A stretch of 32,000 nt of DNA, from NCBI RefSeq assembly GCF_900232105.1, contig NZ_LT934425.1, forward strand, positions 3,600,001-3,632,000. Direction: 5' to 3'. This document shows, in pieces, positions 26,000 to 32,000 of the stretch. This DNA comes from Candidatus Kuenenia stuttgartensis. Its GTDB lineage: Bacteria > Planctomycetota > Brocadiia > Brocadiales > Brocadiaceae. A program made the translations under genes and the position numbers. The notes beneath the pieces are model-generated. The model searched no databases, was not told the origin of the DNA, and worked only from the letters and a program-made list of their open reading frames with translations. Each line of letters starts with the position of its first letter. Positions within the stretch are counted from its first letter, which is position 1.

Positions 26000-27502
26000 A
26001 TGGATATATCCTTAGCGCATACAACATCATCAGTTAATAACAGATTTTTTAATTACAAGCCTTTGCGCGGAAACCGTGTTTATTTTATCGGGATTGGCGG
26101 GAATGGGATGAGTGCGCTTGCACGTATTCTTGTGAGTGAAGGGTGTATTGTTGCCGGTTCTGATATTCTGCTATCGCCGCTTATTTCTTCACTGGAAAAA
26201 ATAGGAGTGACGGTTAACTCAAAACAAGATGGAAGTATGATGTCATTGGAAACTGATATGGTGATAGTTTCTGCCGCGATTCAGGAGGGCAATCCGGAAC
26301 TGAAAGTCGCAAGACAATTGGGCATTAAGGTGGTAAAATACTCTCAAATACTTGGCTCTTTAATGCAGGAAAAGAGAGGCATTGCAATTAGCGGTACACA
26401 TGGAAAAACAACCACCAGCGCAATGATTTCCACTATTTTAAAAAAAGCGGAATTGGATCCTACCTATGTTATCGGTGGAGAAGTCCCTGATATCGGAGGA
26501 AATGCTCATTTAGGCAAGGGGAATTTGTTTGTGGCAGAGGCCTGTGAGTATAATAGTTCATTCCTCGACCTGGTTCCTTCCATAGGAGTGATTACAAATA
26601 TAGAGGAAGACCATTTAGACTATTATGGCAATCTTGAGGAAATAGTAAATGCTTTTGGACATTTTGCAAACCTGATAGCAAAAAATGGTTTGTTAGTAGT
26701 GAATGATGACGACAGAAATGTTGCAGTTGCTGCGAAAAGATCCGTTTGTAAGAGAGAAACTTACTCACTACGGCATACTTCTCATTGGTATGCAAAAAAG
26801 ATTCTTCCTACTACTCAGGGTATAAATAAATTCAGGGTTTACAATAGAGGCAAAATCTTCGGCGATTTTTGGTTAAAGATTCCAGGGTCGCATAACATAT
26901 TGAATGCACTTGCCGCTATTGCCGTTTGTACATCTATTGGCGTTGATAAAGAAATTATAAAAACTTCATTGGAGTCTTTTAAAGGTGCAAAAAGGCGTTT
27001 TCAAATTGTTGCCATAAAGAATAATATTACAATAATTGATGATTATGCTCACCATCCCACGGAAATAGACGTCACCCTGAAAGCAGCGCGCGAGCTTTAT
27101 CCCGCAAGAAAAATATGTTGTGTGTATCAACCGCATCAGTATAGCAGAACAAGGCATTTGTTGAAAAAACTCTCGGAATCGTTTTATCTTGCAGATAAAG
27201 TAGCGCTGGCAGATATTTATGAGTCACGCGACAATGATTTTGAAAAAACTTCAATTAGTTCATTAAAATTGTATGAAGAAATTCGCAAAACAGGCGTCGA
27301 TATACAATATTATCCGCAAATGGAATACATTACAGACATGCTTTGTTTGAATGCGAAGCCTGGAGATGTTATTATTACGATGGGTGCGGGCGATATTTGG
27401 AAAGTGGCGCATGAACTTGCGGAAAGAATAGGAACAACATATAGTGCAGAAAAAAAGAATCAGGGGGCGTATTGCAATACGCCCCTACCGGGAATACTAT
27501 AA
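26000..27502 (+). CDS. murC: UDP-N-acetylmuramate--L-alanine ligase MurC
   Basis: YFIGIGGNGMSALARIL, SGTHGKTTTSAMI, ACEYNSSFLDL, DDYAHHPTEI, VYQPHQYSRTR. Confidence 0.95.
   Translation: MDISLAHTTSSVNNRFFNYKPLRGNRVYFIGIGGNGMSALARILVSEGCIVAGSDILLSPLISSLEKIGVTVNSKQDGSMMSLETDMVIVSAAIQEGNPELKVARQLGIKVVKYSQILGSLMQEKRGIAISGTHGKTTTSAMISTILKKAELDPTYVIGGEVPDIGGNAHLGKGNLFVAEACEYNSSFLDLVPSIGVITNIEEDHLDYYGNLEEIVNAFGHFANLIAKNGLLVVNDDDRNVAVAAKRSVCKRETYSLRHTSHWYAKKILPTTQGINKFRVYNRGKIFGDFWLKIPGSHNILNALAAIAVCTSIGVDKEIIKTSLESFKGAKRRFQIVAIKNNITIIDDYAHHPTEIDVTLKAARELYPARKICCVYQPHQYSRTRHLLKKLSESFYLADKVALADIYESRDNDFEKTSISSLKLYEEIRKTGVDIQYYPQMEYITDMLCLNAKPGDVIITMGAGDIWKVAHELAERIGTTYSAEKKNQGAYCNTPLPGIL
27464..27485. 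repeat. 22-bp perfect palindrome GGGGCGTATTGCAATACGCCCC overlapping the murC 3' end
   Basis: Read directly; encodes part of the murC C-terminal tail QGAYCNTPLPGIL. Confidence 0.9.
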
Positions 27503-27514
27503 AGCAGGCATAAA

Positions 27515-28519
27515 ATGAGAACACGAAATATTGCAGTACTGATGGGGGGCGTTTCTCCTGAGCGTGAAATATCTTTAAGATCGGGTAATGCCGTAGCAAA
27601 GGCGCTAAAAGATGCGGGAAACAATGTTATTTGTATTGATGTAAAGGATGAAGACATAAAAGAACTCGATCATGAGGAGATTGATGTCGCATTCATTGCA
27701 TTACACGGTTACTTTGGAGAAGACGGGGGGGTTCAGCAGCTTTTGGAAGTAAAAGGCATTCCCTATACAGGTTCAGGGGTTAACGCCAGCAGGATTGCCA
27801 TGGATAAGGTGGAATCGAAACGATGTTTTTTGTATGCCGGACTCAAGACGCCGGAGTATTTCTTGCTAAAGAAACCCGTAAATCTGGCAGAGATAGAGCA
27901 AGAGATTCAAGAGTTTGGTTTGCCAGTAGTAATAAAACCAACGAACGGCGGCTCGAGCATAGGGGTATCCATAATTAAAGAGGGCAACAATTTTCATTAT
28001 CATGTTGGAGAAGCATTAAAGTGTGGCGATGAAGCGTTTGTTGAAAGATATGTATCTGGCAGGGAGTTTACGATTGGAATACTGGATAGCAGGTCATTGC
28101 CAATTATAGAGATTTGTGTAGCAGATGATTTTTTTGATTATAATGCGAAATACAATAGCGGTAAAACAAGATATTTTGTAATAAATAAAACCTTTGAAAA
28201 CAAAACAAACATATTGAATACCCCTTGTTGCGATGTTGGTTTTCTGGATGCTGCGTTGTATGATAAAGCTCAGGAATTGGCTATTGAGGCACACAATGCT
28301 ATAGGTTGCAGAGGGTTTTCCAGAGTGGATATTTTGCTGGATAATAAGAATGATTTTTACATATTGGAAGTCAATACAATCCCGGGTTTTACAGAAAAAA
28401 GCTTATTGCCGATGGCGGCAAGGGCAGCAGATATTTCTTTCACATCATTATGTGAAAAAATTGTCGATCTTGCTTCACAAAAGAATTTTGTAAGTATAGA
28501 TGGGTCGATTAAAAATTAA
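27515..28519 (+). CDS. ddl: D-alanine--D-alanine ligase
   Basis: VLMGGVSPEREISLRSG, ALHGYFGEDGGVQ, VVIKPTNGGSSIGVS, YILEVNTIPGFTEKSLLP. Confidence 0.95.
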   Translation: MRTRNIAVLMGGVSPEREISLRSGNAVAKALKDAGNNVICIDVKDEDIKELDHEEIDVAFIALHGYFGEDGGVQQLLEVKGIPYTGSGVNASRIAMDKVESKRCFLYAGLKTPEYFLLKKPVNLAEIEQEIQEFGLPVVIKPTNGGSSIGVSIIKEGNNFHYHVGEALKCGDEAFVERYVSGREFTIGILDSRSLPIIEICVADDFFDYNAKYNSGKTRYFVINKTFENKTNILNTPCCDVGFLDAALYDKAQELAIEAHNAIGCRGFSRVDILLDNKNDFYILEVNTIPGFTEKSLLPMAARAADISFTSLCEKIVDLASQKNFVSIDGSIKN

Positions 28520-29420
28520 AAAATCTCTGAACCACACATTTACATTCAAATCTCTTGTGCCGTCTATTTTTGAAAAACTTCATTGGTTCCATCGGCAGCT
28601 ATACCCCTTTTTATTAAAATTTGCGGGAGTGGTTTGTATTGTAATTTTTACCATTTGGGGACTAAAGGAAGTATGGAATACACTCACCGATTTAAGTATA
28701 TTTAAAGTGAATCCTGCTACTTTGACATTTAATGTACCGCCATGGATGGATAATCGTTTTTCCGAAGATATAAAACAAGTAGAGGCATTGCATCGCCATT
28801 ATAGTTTATATGAAAGGGACATAGCGAATAGGATAGCAACGATATATGGCGATATGGTAGTGATTAAAAAAGTCGATGTGGTAAAGCGTGTATTTCCCAA
28901 TAAACTCAACATCAGGTTTACGATGCGCAGGCCGTTTGCTTTGATAAAAAAAGGGGAGAATTCTTATCTTGTTGATGAAGAAGGGGTATTGTTGCCAAAA
29001 GAATATTATAAATTCTCTGATGTCGATTATATAAGCCCTTACATTCAAAGCAGAAGGTTATCCAGGCTGCCATTGCCGGGAAAAGAGTGGAATGATAAGA
29101 AGATAAAGGCAGGAGTAGCATTGGTGAAATTTCTCAGGATAAATAACATACACAACCTCTTTGGAATTGTAACTGTGGATGTAACAAATGTGCATAGAGA
29201 GAAATATTCCCGGGGAAGTGATATTATTTTGTGGACGGAAAACAATACCCAGATTCGTTGGGGCTGCTCTTCATTATTCAAGTCTCCGGATGAGCTCACC
29301 GACGAAGAGAAACTTCAAAATCTCTTGAGTATTGCAAAGATTGAGGGTACGAGCTTGAAACAAATGGAGTACGTTGACGTGAGATGGAGCAAACCTGTCG
29401 GCAAAAGATGGGGAAACTAA
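28500..29420 (+). CDS. ftsQ: FtsQ/DivIB-like cell division protein
   Basis: 306 aa, N-terminal TM helix, POTRA-like region (VVKRVFPNKLNIRFTMRRPFALIKKGENSYLVDEEGVLLP). Located after ddl, overlapping its end by 20 nt. Confidence 0.75.
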   Translation: MGRLKIKKSLNHTFTFKSLVPSIFEKLHWFHRQLYPFLLKFAGVVCIVIFTIWGLKEVWNTLTDLSIFKVNPATLTFNVPPWMDNRFSEDIKQVEALHRHYSLYERDIANRIATIYGDMVVIKKVDVVKRVFPNKLNIRFTMRRPFALIKKGENSYLVDEEGVLLPKEYYKFSDVDYISPYIQSRRLSRLPLPGKEWNDKKIKAGVALVKFLRINNIHNLFGIVTVDVTNVHREKYSRGSDIILWTENNTQIRWGCSSLFKSPDELTDEEKLQNLLSIAKIEGTSLKQMEYVDVRWSKPVGKRWGN

Positions 29421-29445
29421 AAGGCACAAGGGGGGGTAAAATTAT

Positions 29446-29473
29446 TTGACATTTCATGCTATGGTGATAAAAT
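29446..29473 (+). promoter_or_regulatory. Candidate sigma70 promoter downstream of ftsQ
   Basis: TTGACA (29446-29451), 16-bp spacer, TAAAAT (29468-29473). Confidence 0.4.
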
Positions 29474-29718
29474 TTACTAGGTTTTTTTAAGTGATTAGAT
29501 AGATATAAGTTAAGAAAAATGTGCACACCTCTTGAAGTGGTATTGATTTTGATTGCCCGTTTTGCGAAGGTAATGAATATATCGAAAGAAAAGGGTTGTT
29601 TAATAGTATAAATGGAATAATATAATAAAGTATTAAAAGTATCATTGAAGTTGAGAAAGCCGGAAGTTGTTATAAAAATAGACAGAAGTTGCCACAGTAA
29701 AAGCACATCAACAAAATG

Positions 29719-29805
29719 CGGAAGTGGTGGAATCGGCAGACACGCTAGCTTGAGGGGCTAGTCCCTTAACCGGGGTGGGGGTTCAAATCCCCCCTTCCGC
29801 ACCAT
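29719..29805 (+). tRNA. tRNA-Leu (anticodon GAG), CCA encoded
   Basis: Acceptor GCGGAAG/CTTCCGC, anticodon stem-loop CTAGC-TTGAGGG-GCTAG, long type-II variable arm, GGTTCAAATCC T-loop, A discriminator followed by CCA. Confidence 0.95.
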
Positions 29806-29928
29806 TCGATATTCCCCCGCCAGTTAAATTTGGTATGACAATGCAATTGATGACACATCTACAAACATAAATAAAGGGCAGAAAGTAATGTTTGGATATT
29901 TTTCTCTTTTTGGAGAGGCAGCGTGGGA

Positions 29929-31935
29929 ATGAATAAATGCACACGTGTTTTTATCATGATTGTTTTTGCACTTTTATCCGGGTGTAAAGAAACGCAGATA
30001 AAGCAAACAGATTTTACGCCTTTTAGAAAACCCATTTCGCTTTCAACTACCACGGAAAAAGTAGAAAAAAAATCGTGGGAATATGAAGTGATGCCGGAGA
30101 AGGAGGTTTTAGGAGGAAAGAAAGAGGGAGTACCGGATGAAATTATATATCCTTCTGAGTACAGAAGGCCTGAACCGGCGCTCTATAAACCAGCGTATAC
30201 CGGGGAAAAAATTGATATTGCACTCAACTTTGATGATGCAGAAATCAAGGATGTGGTACAGGTAATATTGGGGGAAATTTTAAATGTGAATTATGTGTTG
30301 GATAAAAGAGTTGGGGGAAAAGTAAACCTTCATGCCAGCGGAGAAGTCTATAAAGAAGAATTGATCTCTATGCTTAATTCACTCCTTTATGTGTATAATT
30401 TTACGATACTGAAAGACGGGAATCTATACAATGTGCTGCCGCAGGCGGAAGCCAGACGGGAAACAAGTATCATTATACACGGAGATAAAATTCCCGAATG
30501 GAGTAAAGATATTATTATTCAAATTGTGCCATTGAAATATGCCGACCCGAAAAAATTGAGTTCAACCGTGAAGCAATTCATGTCTAGTATTGGAAATATT
30601 GTTACCCACGAAGACTTTCCCTATTTAATGATTATCGATAATGCCTCTGTAATGGAAAAACTGCTTACCATAATAAAAATATTTGATGTGCCTTTTTTAG
30701 CAGGGAAAGCCATGAGATTTTATGAGTTTAAATATGTTGATGCACGGAATATGTCGAAGGATCTTGGGAGTTTGGCAAAATCTTTAGGGGCAAAGGTCGG
30801 AGGGGACGGGGAATTTGATTTTGTGCCATTCTCAGATACAAATAAATTGATAGTGATTACGAAACTCCCGGAACTCTTGCCTAAAATAGACATGTGGATA
30901 AAAAATATCGATGTTCCTCCCACGCAGTTAGACGAGGAAATGAGAGTGTATATATATAAAGTTCAGCACCAGAAAGCAGAGACAATTGTGCCGATTATCA
31001 CTCAGATGTATAGCGAAAAGATGGCGGCGCAGCCGAAGAAGCTTGGAAGAGATATAGTAGAATCAATGAAGGTGCTTGCGGACACTGAAACCAATTCGGT
31101 CATTATGAAGACCTTTCCCAGTGATTACAAGAGCATTAAAGCTATTATAGAAGCAATTGATGCAACCCCGCAACAGGTGTTTATAGAAGTATTGATTGTA
31201 GAAGTCACTCGTAACGATACATTAGACTACGGAACGGAGTGGTTGTGGTCGGGAAGTAATTTGCAAGTATATGGGGTAGGTGATATTGCAAGGGCTGCCG
31301 GTAATGCAGCGGTGCAGTTTACCAACACATTTGCGAAAGGGAGCTTTGAAATTCTTATTGATATTCTCGCCACAAGTTCTAATGCAAAAATACTTTCTGC
31401 GCCGCATATATTAGTACGGGACGAACAACCGGCAAGTATTCAGGTGGGAGAAGAGGTGCCGATTCTTACCAGTTCCGGCCAACAGACGGGCACTACGATT
31501 ACTTTTGAACAGGTACAGTATCGTGATACTGGTATTATCCTTACCGTTACACCACATATTGCCGAAAATGGCCTTATTACACTGGAGGTAAATCAGGAAG
31601 TAAGCAATGCTAAACTAACAGACACAGGCGTTGAGAAATCCCCGACGTTTTCCACTCGTCAGGTGCAAACTTCGCTGGTGATAAAAAGCGGCCATACGAT
31701 AGGTCTTGGTGGTATTATTGAACAAAAAAATGAGAAAGAGGTGAAAAAAATCCCTCTTTTGGGTGATATTCCCTATCTGGGAAATTTGTTTAAGGCGACA
31801 TCGCTTATTGATAAGAGGACTGAGTTAATAATGTTAATTACACCATATATTGCAAATAACGCAGAAGATGCCGATTCGTTAACGCAGGCATTCGAGAAAA
31901 AATTGCAGGAAATTGATTTTCTGGTAAACCAGTAG
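29929..31935 (+). CDS. gspD: Type II secretion / type IV pilus secretin (GspD-like), lipoprotein
   Basis: Lipobox ALLSGC; secretin signature VPILTSSGQQTGTTITFEQVQYRDTGIILTVTPHI...VKKIPLLGDIPYLGNLFKATSLIDKRTELIMLITPYI. Track ORF begins at 29923 (GTG). Confidence 0.93.
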   Translation: MNKCTRVFIMIVFALLSGCKETQIKQTDFTPFRKPISLSTTTEKVEKKSWEYEVMPEKEVLGGKKEGVPDEIIYPSEYRRPEPALYKPAYTGEKIDIALNFDDAEIKDVVQVILGEILNVNYVLDKRVGGKVNLHASGEVYKEELISMLNSLLYVYNFTILKDGNLYNVLPQAEARRETSIIIHGDKIPEWSKDIIIQIVPLKYADPKKLSSTVKQFMSSIGNIVTHEDFPYLMIIDNASVMEKLLTIIKIFDVPFLAGKAMRFYEFKYVDARNMSKDLGSLAKSLGAKVGGDGEFDFVPFSDTNKLIVITKLPELLPKIDMWIKNIDVPPTQLDEEMRVYIYKVQHQKAETIVPIITQMYSEKMAAQPKKLGRDIVESMKVLADTETNSVIMKTFPSDYKSIKAIIEAIDATPQQVFIEVLIVEVTRNDTLDYGTEWLWSGSNLQVYGVGDIARAAGNAAVQFTNTFAKGSFEILIDILATSSNAKILSAPHILVRDEQPASIQVGEEVPILTSSGQQTGTTITFEQVQYRDTGIILTVTPHIAENGLITLEVNQEVSNAKLTDTGVEKSPTFSTRQVQTSLVIKSGHTIGLGGIIEQKNEKEVKKIPLLGDIPYLGNLFKATSLIDKRTELIMLITPYIANNAEDADSLTQAFEKKLQEIDFLVNQ

Positions 31936-31947
31936 GCAGGTGAGGTG

Positions 31948-32000
31948 ATGAAATTCATTTTGTCTCAAAAAAGAAAAGGATTTACCCTGCTTGAGGTTAT
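31948..32000 (+). CDS. Prepilin-type N-terminal cleavage/methylation domain protein (pseudopilin), truncated by window edge
   Basis: MKFILSQKRKGFTLLEV, a type IV prepilin leader, directly after gspD. Confidence 0.8.
   Translation, partial: MKFILSQKRKGFTLLEV

Noticed and set aside
1-32000. Defence island, prophage, secondary-metabolite cluster or retron
   Set aside because: No phage structural, integrase, reverse transcriptase, restriction endonuclease, Cas, NRPS or PKS genes are visible. The only mobile signals are the RAYT and short non-coding elements.

Overview
The window is mostly core genome of a Gram-negative-type bacterium. Gene content and the MraZ-to-FtsQ order suggest an anammox-like Planctomycetota (Brocadiales) lineage, but that is inference. 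It starts with a partial nadA (minus), followed by an aldehyde dehydrogenase, a VanZ-like membrane protein, an orphan DNA methyltransferase next to a REP-associated (Y1) transposase, cspA, an rpoD-type sigma factor, a small glutaredoxin-like protein, a zinc-ribbon membrane protein, yqeY, a PilZ plus double-receiver protein, a B12-dependent ribonucleotide reductase (nrdJ) and queA. Next is a long division/cell-wall (dcw) cluster: mraZ-rsmH-ftsL-ftsI-orf87-murE-murF-mraY-ftsW-murG-murC-ddl-ftsQ. It ends at a tRNA-Leu(GAG), gspD and the start of a pilin-like gene. The cluster lacks murD, murB, ftsA and ftsZ at their usual positions. The most interesting non-coding signal is a MITE-like family. 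Two full copies (868-1164 and 13038-13312) have ~25 bp terminal inverted repeats and exact 8-bp target duplications (ATAAATTT and AAATTATC). Both lie just 5' of a gene in the same orientation relative to it, and both carry a shared extended -10 sequence (TGTTATAAT). A third, decayed copy may precede murC. A second inverted-repeat element sits between ftsL and ftsI and supplies the ftsL stop codon. I found no CRISPR array, phage or obvious defence island, and no clear new multi-gene system.
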